DNA of 64,000 nucleotides from an uncultured bacterium (lineage in GTDB: Bacteria > Verrucomicrobiota > Verrucomicrobiia > Verrucomicrobiales > DEV007): contig CAXBMO010000002.1 in the NCBI GenBank assembly GCA_963977015.1, positions 384,001 to 448,000 of the forward strand, given 5' to 3'. Position 1 is the stretch's first letter; every line of letters starts with the position of its first letter. Of this stretch, positions 10,501 to 19,541 are shown in pieces. A program made the translations under genes and the position numbers. The notes below the pieces were generated by a model, which saw nothing but the letters and a program-made list of their open reading frames with translations, had not been told where the DNA came from and did not search any database.

Positions 10501-11587
10501 GGTTGATGACCATGGCGCTCGATCCATCGAGGCCGCCCTCCGGATCCACCCCGAAACGGAGCACATCGGAACGTTCGTAGGTCGCGCCGCCATACCACCA
10601 ACGCCAATAGCGCATGCCCTGCTCAAAGCCGGGGTTGGGAAAGAGGTTGCGTGTCGGTGACTGCGGCAAATGCAGCGCATCCTGGGTCCAGAGATCGTGC
10701 CCTTCCACCGGCGGCGGCGCGTCTTGGTCCGGCGGAGCGACTTCACCAAAATCGATAATCATCGAGTCCTGGGGATTGGTGCCGCGAAACATGAAACCAA
10801 GGCCGATCCGTTTGTATTGATAGATTTCGCGCAGGCTCCCCTTGAGGCCGGACTTCGAGACGATCTCGAAACCGTAGAGCGGCTTGTTCGGCGCATAGGT
10901 CATGGTTTGCAGCGTGCCGTTCCAGATCGTCAGACGCTCATTTTCATGGGCTTTCAGCTCGTCGACAGGCTTCGGCACAATACTCGTGCCATCGATCTGG
11001 ATGTCATCCTTGCGGTAATCACCACCGATATCGAAGTAGATAAGATAACTCCCAATATTCTCGCCAGCCTTGCGGAATGTCTCGACCTGCTCCGCCGTGC
11101 AGCCGATGTCCCAACTCAGCTCAGCCCGGCTTTCACCCAACGATTTCAAGGTATAGGCGAATTCGGCTTCGGTTCCATCCGGCAGTGGATAGGGATTGCT
11201 CAGGCGGATGGTCCCCGTTTTCGGGTCGGCCTCCAATGCCATCGCTTCACTGGCCCCGTTTCCTACGAGGATACACTTCATGATCGGCTCTTCATTCACG
11301 TAGAGCGTCATCACATTATCTCTCCCCGTTTCCTTGACGTTGAGCTTTTGCTCTCGCGTCGCCACGCGCTTATTTCCGAAGACCAATGACGCCGCCAACG
11401 CGGGCTGATTGTTATCCCGCTTATCCAGGAAGGTCTCCGCGCGAAGTTCCCCGTCGACTCGCACTCCCTGGGTGATTTCGAAGGGCGGCGTATAGCCGGG
11501 GCCATTGAGGGTCGGATTTTCCTCAGCCAACGCGGTCAGGCTGAGACCCAACAGCAAACCGAGGGAGAGAGAAAGTCGAAGAATCAT
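7556..11587 (-). CDS. Large secreted multidomain protein: CBM4/9-like + clan GH-A-like barrel + C-terminal CBM9/DOMON-like sugar-binding domain
   Basis: Signal peptide MILRLSLS. RNLFPNPGFEQG...VWIDGIQYE (CBM-like). WSFGTEE, DAVAVHPY and PIYLNEG (GH-A-like). DLAAQFQVAWDEENLYLRVEGEDD (CBM9-like). Confidence 0.7.
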   Translation of the reverse strand: MILRLSLSLGLLLGLSLTALAEENPTLNGPGYTPPFEITQGVRVDGELRAETFLDKRDNNQPALAASLVFGNKRVATREQKLNVKETGRDNVMTLYVNEEPIMKCILVGNGASEAMALEADPKTGTIRLSNPYPLPDGTEAEFAYTLKSLGESRAELSWDIGCTAEQVETFRKAGENIGSYLIYFDIGGDYRKDDIQIDGTSIVPKPVDELKAHENERLTIWNGTLQTMTYAPNKPLYGFEIVSKSGLKGSLREIYQYKRIGLGFMFRGTNPQDSMIIDFGEVAPPDQDAPPPVEGHDLWTQDALHLPQSPTRNLFPNPGFEQGMRYWRWWYGGATYERSDVLRFGVDPEGGLDGSSAMVINPVQFGSQTLRSFSVPGAKGKTYTVSYYAKAENAGAGVLLAPLSSKDGGQFTRSTVYRGERNKLTTEWQRFSFSFVSDGTPTSFVVNATNNRGKVWIDGIQYEAGAEPTEFVAPPLEGLLVTSHPQNNIEAGQAVAARFKISGDEATLGNVTLTLEDFFKQPVWTKTYDCRGGLTLELPFDELGLERGSFGLKAHFELPGAEAYYDYYRFGIIKSKANDFVTKDLYGALVTARINREEERIELMQRMGFTGSTSYGAGAIQEPLLYEIREKYNLTDYTHSLSNFPHLTREEIRALHPDLQLMRSLNFRVWKRFENKGEPVTLLETYSDEIVAQVEEMSERAARKCPYIRVWSFGTEEEICFPSIFKNKDYEEFAKLMVAFYRGIKKGNPDAIVLPSGGTSGYGETRGKKDIDGFLRTTQGKVKWDAVAVHPYGSIDGTLGAGDLDESLQMLRESMAEYGYGEETPIYLNEGGGGSANLWGDGPTYSYDGGQPSYDIGLTEFLHASKMVRQYIMCLKYWPQLEHFNTWQDDTRTIVDYNLTPNSFLFGISTLTDLLADPKFVGDIRPAQGVRGYAFEDAHMGAVTAVWCTIDDVERGFIRGPVMRVKFDGKLPELVDMMGRSSALNVAEDGWVDIRLTPAPLYLVGDDIEALTEALQNADVVGAGANVRIAFQPSLNGEVNAEIENLTSRPQAGRIKYDGGALDFDIPAKQQISATLPGIDDPQAGKLYDWALAYKLEQPEQAPVSTQWDMGYFYATKVDGAPDWSEIPVIEMSNLYGPVKAQEQTPGDLAAQFQVAWDEENLYLRVEGEDDIFNVDDQTFWNSPDAKKNHLHQLDGSLEVYLDCAANGRLNNGGFDLDDYRYDFSANNPEGQTGPALVCRFREVFLEYAGGVEFPTKEEAAQGIQAEFTRLSENRYAYTITFARKYILPMELEVGSQVGFGLFLNDRMDDGTPGLRGMSLATKKGAHCDANPQFWPIMVLTD

Positions 11588-11785
11588 CGTGTATGGGGTT
11601 ATGAAAGAGGGGTGTTTAGATTGTGGATTTGGACACCTCAGGTTGCAGCATCCCGCCAGCTTCGCCTGGATGACCTCCGTGATTGCTTCGGCCAAAGGCG
11701 GCACTCAGGAACGAGTATCCCTGCATGGATACCACCGCAGCTTCCGGAAACCAACGCGCCGGATGATCCGTGATCCACCACTGCT

Positions 11786-13078
11786 TCAGTATTTCGGAAA
11801 AATGGCCGGAGTCGGGAAGCGGTCTTCGTGGCCAGCTTTGTGATCTTGCAGATATTCCTCCCGCGGAATATGGAGATCGGGCCAACTGGCTGGGCGGATG
11901 CGAACCACTCGTGCGGGCCGAATGCCCTCGGTGATGAGATCGGTCTCATAGCGAATCCGGATGCCGCTGCTCCCCAGAGGAACCGCCCCGTCTGTTTTGG
12001 TGACTTCCTGGATGGGACCTCTCGAGGCCATTTGGGAGGTGCCTGCCGACCCACCGGCCCAATGCTTCAGCGTATTCTCGGACGCGGCCATCAGAGCCTG
12101 GCTCCCTTTCTTGAAATCGGCGTAGAGCGAATCGTCCATGCCGCCGAAAAGGGTCGCGGTCACGGTGGCGCGACCGAACTTGCCATACTCGACCGTATCG
12201 ACCCTGGCGGGCATCCAGCGGCTGCGGATGAAAGCCTTGTGCGTTTCATTCTGATTGCGGGCAGCGCGCTGCATCGCCGCGTCATCCAGCCAGATGTCCG
12301 AGATGTGAAACCGGGTGAACACTCCGCCCGGGGTGGGTTTCCAGGTGATCCCGAGCAGGACGGCTTGGTCATCGAGGGATTTCGTTCCGCTGGCCGGCCA
12401 GATGCCCTCGGCAACCAGGTCATTGAGTTCAAGGAACTCGCGACCGCGCCAGATGCGGGTGGCGGCGTCAATGGTCATCGTTTCTTCGCTGGCCTTGCCG
12501 TCTCCGCCCTCCTTCGGTTCGCGACGGGCGACGATCATCCCCTGGTTGTCCTTGAACTCCACCTGCTTCAGTTTCCAGACTTTCCCTTCGCGAAGGCAAT
12601 GGCTGGGCTCGTCTTCGAGGAGCAGAACGTGATTCTCGGCAGGAAAGATGCCCGCGCCCCGATTGTTGTCCGCGTCCCTCGTCTTGCTGTTGACCGGCAG
12701 CACCGGCACGGCAGAGGTCTTCGGGTCAGGCGGAAGAAAGGCGCGGACGTGCAGGACCGTCCCGAGCGGGATGTCCCGAAGGTCCGCCGACGCGCCGTGA
12801 TAGCGGACGATCCCGTAGGGGAGCATGGCGAAAGGATGCGGATCGTTTTTGCGGAAAACACCCGTCCCTTGCACGCGGATGCTGCCGCGACGGTTGGCGT
12901 GATCCACGAACACAAGTTCGCCCCGGTAGGTGTGCGCCTTTTCCAGGGGAGGAAACTTCCCGGCCTCGGGGCGGAAGGGTTCGGCTCCCGGTTCTTCGCC
13001 GACGGCAGCCGCATGGACGAAGAACGAACCAACAAGCGCCAGCAAAGGCGCAATCCGGTACAAAGAATGCGAAGCCAT
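11786..13078 (-). CDS. Secreted hypothetical protein, paralog A of a tandem pair
   Basis: Signal peptide. Collinear with the 13078..14400 product over its whole mature length. TGATG overlap with the upstream gene. Confidence 0.85.
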   Translation of the reverse strand: MASHSLYRIAPLLALVGSFFVHAAAVGEEPGAEPFRPEAGKFPPLEKAHTYRGELVFVDHANRRGSIRVQGTGVFRKNDPHPFAMLPYGIVRYHGASADLRDIPLGTVLHVRAFLPPDPKTSAVPVLPVNSKTRDADNNRGAGIFPAENHVLLLEDEPSHCLREGKVWKLKQVEFKDNQGMIVARREPKEGGDGKASEETMTIDAATRIWRGREFLELNDLVAEGIWPASGTKSLDDQAVLLGITWKPTPGGVFTRFHISDIWLDDAAMQRAARNQNETHKAFIRSRWMPARVDTVEYGKFGRATVTATLFGGMDDSLYADFKKGSQALMAASENTLKHWAGGSAGTSQMASRGPIQEVTKTDGAVPLGSSGIRIRYETDLITEGIRPARVVRIRPASWPDLHIPREEYLQDHKAGHEDRFPTPAIFPKY

Positions 13079-14400
13079 CAATATTTCGGGAAAATGTCAG
13101 GTGTCGGGAAACGGGCTTCAATACTGGTCAAGCCGTCGTCGAGATATTCCTCACGGGGAACATTAACCTGGGGCCAGTCGGCAGGGCGGACTCGGACGAC
13201 ACGACCGGGGCGGATCCCCTCGGTGATGAGGTCTGTCTTAAAATGGATCTGGATGCCGCTGCTGCCCAGCGGTGTCTCGCCTTCGGTTTTGATGACATCG
13301 AGGAAGGGACCTTTGCAGGCCATGTGTGCGGGGCCATAAGTTCCGTGACCATGCTTCAGGGTATTCTCGACCGGGCTCATCAGAGCGGAGACACCCTTCT
13401 TGAAGTCGGCGTAAAGGGAGGCGTCCATCCCGCCGAACAAAGTAGCGGTCACCTGCGCCTGGCCGAACTTGCCATACTCGACCGCATCGACCCGCGCGGG
13501 CATCCAGCGGCTTCGGATGAAGGCCTTGTGCGTCTCGGTCTGATTTTGGGCAGCGCGCTGCATCGCGATGTCGTCCAGCCAGACGTCCGAGATGTGAAAG
13601 CGGGTGAACACTCCGCCCGGCGTCGGCTTCCAAGTGATTCCGAGCTGGACCGCCTGACCTTCGAGAGGTTTCTTCCCGCTGGCGGGCCAGATTCCTTCGT
13701 CGATGAGATCCTTCACGCCGAGCTGCTTGCGACCGCGCCAGAAACGGGTGGCGGCGTCGAAAGTCATCGTTTCCTCCTCAGCGCCAGCGTCTGCGCCTTC
13801 CTTCGGTGCGCGTTTGGCGATGATGATTCCCGCGTTATTTTTGAGGTCCACCTCCTTCAGCTTCCAGACCTTGCCCTCTCGCTGGCAGTGACTGGGCTCA
13901 TCTTCAAGGAGCAGGACGTGGTTTTCGGCAGGCGCAATCCCGGCGCCGCTGTAACCCGCGGTTTTCTTCCGGTTATCGACCGGCAACACCGGCACGACGG
14001 ATGTTTTCGGGTCCGGCGGGAGAAACGCCCGGACGTGGAGGACGGTTCCGAGGGGAATGTCCCGGAGATCCGCCGGCGCGCCGTGATAGCTGACAATACC
14101 ATACGGGAGCATGGCGAAGGGATGCGGAGGGTTGCGGAAATACGTGCCCGCCCCTGCCACGCGAAGGCTGCCGCGGCGGTTGGCATGGTCCACAAAGACG
14201 AGTTCGCCGCGATAGGCATACGCCTTTTCCAGAGGGGGAAATTCCTCCGCTTTGGGGCGGAAAATTTCCGATTCAGGTTCCCCGGCCACGGCAGATGCGT
14301 GGACGAGAACCAAACCAGCAAGTAACAACAGCGATGAACGAAACATGAACTGGAAACTCGAAACCAGGAACCAGGGATGAGGAACAATAAATGGTTTCAT
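13078..14400 (-). CDS. Secreted hypothetical protein, paralog B of a tandem pair (alternative start 14346)
   Basis: Shares [24 protein letters not shown] and RFPTP.IFPKY blocks with paralog A. ATGA overlap with the DUF1552 gene. Confidence 0.85.
   Translation of the reverse strand: MKPFIVPHPWFLVSSFQFMFRSSLLLLAGLVLVHASAVAGEPESEIFRPKAEEFPPLEKAYAYRGELVFVDHANRRGSLRVAGAGTYFRNPPHPFAMLPYGIVSYHGAPADLRDIPLGTVLHVRAFLPPDPKTSVVPVLPVDNRKKTAGYSGAGIAPAENHVLLLEDEPSHCQREGKVWKLKEVDLKNNAGIIIAKRAPKEGADAGAEEETMTFDAATRFWRGRKQLGVKDLIDEGIWPASGKKPLEGQAVQLGITWKPTPGGVFTRFHISDVWLDDIAMQRAAQNQTETHKAFIRSRWMPARVDAVEYGKFGQAQVTATLFGGMDASLYADFKKGVSALMSPVENTLKHGHGTYGPAHMACKGPFLDVIKTEGETPLGSSGIQIHFKTDLITEGIRPGRVVRVRPADWPQVNVPREEYLDDGLTSIEARFPTPDIFPKY
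14346..14387. repeat. Degenerate heptamer tandem repeat (6 units)
   Basis: TGAACTG GAAACTC GAAACCA GGAACCA GGGATGA GGAACAA. Confidence 0.5.
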
Positions 14401-15752
14401 ACCTCGATCACGCTATTGCTATCACCAAACTGATCGGTCTCGACTCCCATGCGCTGGGCCATCAGCAGCAACAGATTGCTCATGTGGGCGTCCGAGTTTG
14501 CCGGGCGACTGCAAAGCCGGTAGTGTTCACCGGGCTTATCGAGTTGGTAACCGTCAAAGTGACCCTGATTGAAGTCGAGATGGCTGCCATGCTTCAGACC
14601 GAGGTCCGAACCGCCGGCGAACACCAGCGGCAGGTTGGCGTTGCCGTGGCTGTGGCCATAGGACATCCCGCTGCCGAAGAGCGCCATGGTTGAGCCGAGC
14701 AACGGCTGGCCGCCGAGGTCCTTCGTCTCCGCGAGGCGGGTGAGGAAGTAACCGAACTGCTCAATGGCGAAGGTGTCGTAGTTGGTAAGCTTCTCCATGT
14801 AGCCCTGATCTCCGCCGTGGTGACTGAGCTGATGGCGCGACTCGGTGATGCCAATTTCCGGAATGGCGATGGCCTGGCCTTCACCACCAAGGCTGAAAGT
14901 CGCCACACGGGTCACGTCCGTCTGGAACGCGAGCACCATCAAATCATAAACCGTGCGGAAGTAGTCGCCCGCCTGGGTTTTGGCGATGTCACGGTTGGTG
15001 CGCTTGCGGTCGGATTCGGAGATATCAGGAAGCGGGGTGTCGAGCCAGGTATCGGCCCGCCGGGTGCGGATCTCCGCCTCTCGCACGGAGGTGAGGTATT
15101 GGTCGAGTCGACCCTTGTCATCCGCTCCCATCTTTTTCTCCAGCCGGCGCACTTCGGCGAGGTTGTCATCGAGGACGCTGGCTTTGCGGCGCAATTCGTT
15201 TCGCCGGGCATCGATGCCGCCCTTTGGTTCCTCAAAGAGAGACGCGAAGATTTCGCTGCAACGACGCATTGCCGGCAGTTGGACGCCATCCGCGGTCCAG
15301 GCGAGAGAGCCCTGGGTGATGGCGATCTCCATCGAGGGGTAACGGGTATGTTGCCCGGTGATTTCGGCCATCTTTTGGTCCACCGAAATGGTATTGCGAG
15401 ACGACGGACCGATTTTTCCGCCGGTCAGAAAGATGTCGATGCAGTTGTGATGGTGGCCGATACTTCCCGGATGGTGCAGGCCACTAACGGGCGTGATAAC
15501 ATCACGGTGTTTCTCAAGCGGCTTGAGCGAGCGGGAAAACTCATAGTCTTTCCCCGGTGTGGTGATCTGGTAGTTCAGCGAATGAACTCCGTTCGCGAGG
15601 TAGATAAATGCACTGCGTCGGGGCGTGGTGGTTTTCTCCGCCGCCGCGAGCGGAACCATGCATTCCAGCATGGGCAGCGAGATGAAGGTGCCCATCGCGC
15701 GAAGGGCGTGGCGGCGGTCGATCCGCCAAGACTGGGTTTGAATATTGCTCAT
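14397..15752 (-). CDS. DUF1552 domain protein (Tat-like RRHALR leader)
   Basis: [39 protein letters not shown] and [10 protein letters not shown]...NLP motifs. Confidence 0.9.
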   Translation of the reverse strand: MSNIQTQSWRIDRRHALRAMGTFISLPMLECMVPLAAAEKTTTPRRSAFIYLANGVHSLNYQITTPGKDYEFSRSLKPLEKHRDVITPVSGLHHPGSIGHHHNCIDIFLTGGKIGPSSRNTISVDQKMAEITGQHTRYPSMEIAITQGSLAWTADGVQLPAMRRCSEIFASLFEEPKGGIDARRNELRRKASVLDDNLAEVRRLEKKMGADDKGRLDQYLTSVREAEIRTRRADTWLDTPLPDISESDRKRTNRDIAKTQAGDYFRTVYDLMVLAFQTDVTRVATFSLGGEGQAIAIPEIGITESRHQLSHHGGDQGYMEKLTNYDTFAIEQFGYFLTRLAETKDLGGQPLLGSTMALFGSGMSYGHSHGNANLPLVFAGGSDLGLKHGSHLDFNQGHFDGYQLDKPGEHYRLCSRPANSDAHMSNLLLLMAQRMGVETDQFGDSNSVIEV

Positions 15753-15780
15753 GGGTTTTCAGTAAATTTTGTCCTTACTC

Positions 15781-15811
15781 CTACTTTGTTGAGTCCCCTT
15801 CATCAAAGTAG
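15781..15811. other. Intergenic stem-loop
   Basis: CTACTTTG...CAAAGTAG with an inner TGA/TCA stem, in the spacer upstream of the DUF1552 gene. Confidence 0.45.
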
Positions 15812-15863
15812 AATTAGGCAGATTTCCATTGGTGGTTAGGGCGGGCGAAGCTTGTCGGTGATG

Positions 15864-18800
15864 TCACCCGCCGAGAGAGCGAATGTAGAGAACCAGGGAC
15901 TCCAGCTGTTCTTCGTTGAGAACGCCCTCGTAGATTGGCATGCCGGCTTCGCCCGTGACGGCTCCTTCGGCGATTTTGGCGGCGGGATTGAGGATCGATT
16001 CGCGAAGCCAGGCTTCATCCGCGGTAACCGTTTCACCGGATCCAACAATTTTGCGCTTGAGACCGAACAGGTTCTTCCAGGTTGGACCGCTTTTGCCTTC
16101 CATCGTGCCATCGATGGAATGGCAGGCCACACAACCAAGCTGAGTGTAGAGCAGCTGCCCCTTTTCCGCGGTCGGCGTCATGGGAGCTTTGGCGATGACC
16201 ACGCCTTCCGAGGTAAGGTCCACTTCGTTATCCGCGAAGCCTAGTTGGGTGAGGTCGACGTTGCGCAGGAGATGCGCGGTAAGGAACGTCTGATGGGAAA
16301 TTGGAGTTTCGTCCGCAGCGGCGAGGTCGTAGCTGACTTCCAGCTGCATCACCTCGCGCATGTTCGGGATACCGAGAAAAACACTGCGCTTGTCGTTGGA
16401 GAGTTTGGCGGACGCGACCACGAGATCTTCGGTGCCCGGAGTTCCATCCAGTTTCAGGTTGGGCGATCCGTAGGCTTTCGTCCGCTGGTAATTCCAACGG
16501 CGAACGCCGTATGATTCGGTCGCTGAGGCAGACTCACTCAATGGCGAATCGAAGGTGAGGAGGATGCCGCGTTGTTCGACCCGCGCCGAAGCCGGGACCG
16601 TCCAGGTTCTGCTCGTGTCAGGACGAATTCGCCCAAACCAGGAAACCTCCGTCGCGCTGGTTCCCCAGATCTGAAATCCGGTGAGGTAGAGCAATCCATC
16701 GGCCGGATTCACAGCGCCTTTCAACAGCGGAGCGTTGAGGCTGACCGGCAATTCGGTAACGCCGCCCTGGGAAATGACATCATCGATATCCGTGTGAACC
16801 GCGAAGAGTTTCGGTGGATGATAGGATAGCAGAACCGCGTGATCGTTCAGGCCGCCCATCTGTGTGCCGCGCATCCAGACGAGGGAGGTGGACGAAGCGC
16901 AAGTTTGATGAGGGATCCAGGTGAGGGGCGGTGTGACGGGACGCTGGTTGTCCGCTTCGATTCCCGGGTGGCCGTAGAACGCACCCTGCTGAGCGAAGAT
17001 GACGGGCGTCGACGGAACCCAGTTTCCCTGCTGATCAGAAACTCCAATCGCGCCCGTTTTCGGGTCGTGCCCGAGGAACGGCTGGCGGAGCCCACGCGCC
17101 ACTTCGGTCACCGTTTTCCCATCCGGCGAAATCCGCAGGATGCTCCCGGAGGCGTTGCTGGACGCATTCTGGGCGGGCTTGCAAACGAGGAAACTGCCAT
17201 CGGCTTCCACTTCGATGGCTGAGGCGTATTCGCGAGTTTCGGCCGTCTGCACGATCTGTGAACAGAACAGTTCGTGGTAGTCGGCCTCGCCATTTTCATC
17301 GCGATCGACCAGCTGCCAGATTCCATTTCGATCGAACACGAACAGTTCGCCGTCGCGAACGCGGAGACCCTGCGGTTCGTGCAGCCCCGAGGTGAAACGA
17401 CTCCAGACGATTTCCTTCGAACCCGGTTTCAAACCGTCAGCCAGCCAGACGTCGCCGTCGAAGGTGACCATCGCGAGCCGACCGTCCGGGAAGAAGTCGA
17501 TCCCCGCTCCGCGAACGGCGCGATCCCACGGGTTCTCGATGGGGAGCGGGATCTGTTCGACATTCAGAGCGCTCTCCGTTGGTGAGTTCGGCAGGGGAAT
17601 TCGCACGGATTCCGGCCAACGTCGTTTTGCAACTGATGGAGCTGGCGCCGGCTTGATCGCGGCCTCCGGTTTGAAGAGAATGGTCGTCTTCCCGGTCGTT
17701 TCAGAAGCGGGAATTCGACACACGAGATTGAATCCCATGCGTTGAAGTGTCCCGGCTCCGCGAACTTCGAACTTCGCCGGATCCGCCGCCCGGGTGCTGA
17801 CCAGCAGATCAATCGTCTGATCGTGCGGCGCGACTTCGATCTGACGCTCCACGCCTTCCTTCGTCAGACGGAACTGTTCCCGGCAACGAGTGTCCCCCAC
17901 TTCGTATTCGATCGCGCCGCCATCCTTCAAATCGACGCCGAGAAACCGCGCCAACTGCGGATCAAGACCACCGCGGCCGACCTCCTTTTCATTGGGCTGC
18001 AACGGGCGGGGATCCCGCATGTCCGCGGGGACCGACAGCAGGTGATTTTCGAATCCCGGACCACTCCAGGTAGCCAACAAGGACTGTCCGCCAGCAAATT
18101 CGGTGAAGTCGACGCGGATCGGATGCTCGCCCGCCTCCAAATGAATCGTTGCCGGCGAGTCCGGGCCGTTGCCGACGACCCGTTCATCGTTGATGAACAA
18201 GTTTGCCCGATCGTCGGCGACCAACCCGAAGGTGTAGTCGCCCGTCTCCGGCACGTCGAGCCAACCCTCGAAGTTCATCAAATAGTGGTCTGCCACTTCC
18301 GTCACGTCCACATCCATCAACCCGTGTGGCAGTGATCCCTTCCCGGACGGCGGCTCCTTGCTTTTGATCACTCGCGGATCTCTCGTTCCCTCCCAGGCCT
18401 GCCAGGTCAGATCTCGAATCCCGCGATTGTCCGGGGATACATTCGGATACCGGTGAACTCCCGGATGGATGCCGCTTCCGAACCACAGATCGCCAATCGG
18501 CGTGGGGAGAGATTTCTGCCCCATTCCCACCTTCTTCAGCATATAGGGATAACTGTTAACCGACATGCTGGCATTCCGAAACGGTTCGCCCGCCGCCTGC
18601 CATACCGCGGCGACCCGAAGCAGATCCACATCCCAGGCCAGGTAGACATCCTGCCCTAACGGAAACACCAAAGCGCGCGGAGCACGAGTTCCCCGAGAAT
18701 CCACGACGCAGGAGAAGAACGGCATTTCGCCCTCAATCCAACGCTCCCACGGTCCCTTTGGAGTCTGTTCGGCAAACTTCGCCGGGCGTCCGTAAATCCG

Positions 18801-19481
18801 GACATCGTCAAAATCATTCATGTCATCAAACGAACCGATTCCAATCCTGCCCGTCCCAAAGGTTTCGTCTTTCACCGCCATGTGCGGCTTCTCCATGTCA
18901 TCGAAGTAGACCTCGATTGTTCCCGCCGCGGAATCACGAACGACTTTCACCTCATGCCAGTCATCCGTCCACGGCGTCTCCCGAGTGTTGCTGGTGATCG
19001 CGACGCGCGGTTCATCATTCACAATCATGATTTGGCCCGCGACCGGGTCCGGCTTCGCGCCAAGGTGAACGTAGTAGAAATTCTGAGCGTCCTGATGCCC
19101 AAAGAACACGCAGCAGTCGCGATGGTTTCCGGTGTCGTTTGTGCTCCGAACCCGGAACGTCATGACAAAGTCACCAACTTTCAACTCCTTCACCAAGGCG
19201 ATGTGGAAGGGACTACGCACAGCCGGTTTGTAGTCGCTGTTGCGCCGGTTGATCCCGAACACGTGGTTTCCATCCACATCGCGATGGGTCCAACTGACTT
19301 CGTCCGTCACCTCCCAACGGTCGCGACCGCTTTCGAAATCATCGGAAAACACCAGCGGCAGTCCGTTCATGGAGTCCGGTTGCTGAGCTAGGGAAATGGA
19401 CGAGCAGACGAGGAAGCAGGGCAGAATCAGATTCACCATCTGGATGCGGAAACGTTGTAGGGTTTGAAAAGCGGGGTTCAT
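15864..19481 (-). CDS. Multidomain periplasmic protein: LamG/DUF1080-like + DUF6797-like + PA14 + sorbosone-dehydrogenase-like beta-propeller + cytochrome c
   Basis: GRIGIGSFDD (concanavalin-like), LAWDVDLLRVAAVW, FEGWLDVPETGDYTF (PA14), FTSGLHEPQGL (propeller), C-terminal CVACH with distal GMP. Confidence 0.8.
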   Translation of the reverse strand: MNPAFQTLQRFRIQMVNLILPCFLVCSSISLAQQPDSMNGLPLVFSDDFESGRDRWEVTDEVSWTHRDVDGNHVFGINRRNSDYKPAVRSPFHIALVKELKVGDFVMTFRVRSTNDTGNHRDCCVFFGHQDAQNFYYVHLGAKPDPVAGQIMIVNDEPRVAITSNTRETPWTDDWHEVKVVRDSAAGTIEVYFDDMEKPHMAVKDETFGTGRIGIGSFDDMNDFDDVRIYGRPAKFAEQTPKGPWERWIEGEMPFFSCVVDSRGTRAPRALVFPLGQDVYLAWDVDLLRVAAVWQAAGEPFRNASMSVNSYPYMLKKVGMGQKSLPTPIGDLWFGSGIHPGVHRYPNVSPDNRGIRDLTWQAWEGTRDPRVIKSKEPPSGKGSLPHGLMDVDVTEVADHYLMNFEGWLDVPETGDYTFGLVADDRANLFINDERVVGNGPDSPATIHLEAGEHPIRVDFTEFAGGQSLLATWSGPGFENHLLSVPADMRDPRPLQPNEKEVGRGGLDPQLARFLGVDLKDGGAIEYEVGDTRCREQFRLTKEGVERQIEVAPHDQTIDLLVSTRAADPAKFEVRGAGTLQRMGFNLVCRIPASETTGKTTILFKPEAAIKPAPAPSVAKRRWPESVRIPLPNSPTESALNVEQIPLPIENPWDRAVRGAGIDFFPDGRLAMVTFDGDVWLADGLKPGSKEIVWSRFTSGLHEPQGLRVRDGELFVFDRNGIWQLVDRDENGEADYHELFCSQIVQTAETREYASAIEVEADGSFLVCKPAQNASSNASGSILRISPDGKTVTEVARGLRQPFLGHDPKTGAIGVSDQQGNWVPSTPVIFAQQGAFYGHPGIEADNQRPVTPPLTWIPHQTCASSTSLVWMRGTQMGGLNDHAVLLSYHPPKLFAVHTDIDDVISQGGVTELPVSLNAPLLKGAVNPADGLLYLTGFQIWGTSATEVSWFGRIRPDTSRTWTVPASARVEQRGILLTFDSPLSESASATESYGVRRWNYQRTKAYGSPNLKLDGTPGTEDLVVASAKLSNDKRSVFLGIPNMREVMQLEVSYDLAAADETPISHQTFLTAHLLRNVDLTQLGFADNEVDLTSEGVVIAKAPMTPTAEKGQLLYTQLGCVACHSIDGTMEGKSGPTWKNLFGLKRKIVGSGETVTADEAWLRESILNPAAKIAEGAVTGEAGMPIYEGVLNEEQLESLVLYIRSLGG

Positions 19482-19541
19482 AAAAAGCTGACCGAGGTCT
19501 AGGGAGAGGGGACAAAAGGCGTGATTGGGTCGTGTGGAGCG

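Noticed and set aside
11828-14325. Two similar + strand ORFs (503 and 360 aa)
   Set aside because: Their similarity merely mirrors the duplicated minus-strand genes.
11786-14400. Diversity-generating retroelement TR/VR explanation for the paralog pair
   Set aside because: No reverse transcriptase in the window, the duplication is gene-length, and by eye the differences are not confined to adenines.
19481-19490. TAAAAAGCTG also found at 1631-1640
   Set aside because: Only a 10-mer with no further similarity or partner arm, so likely chance.
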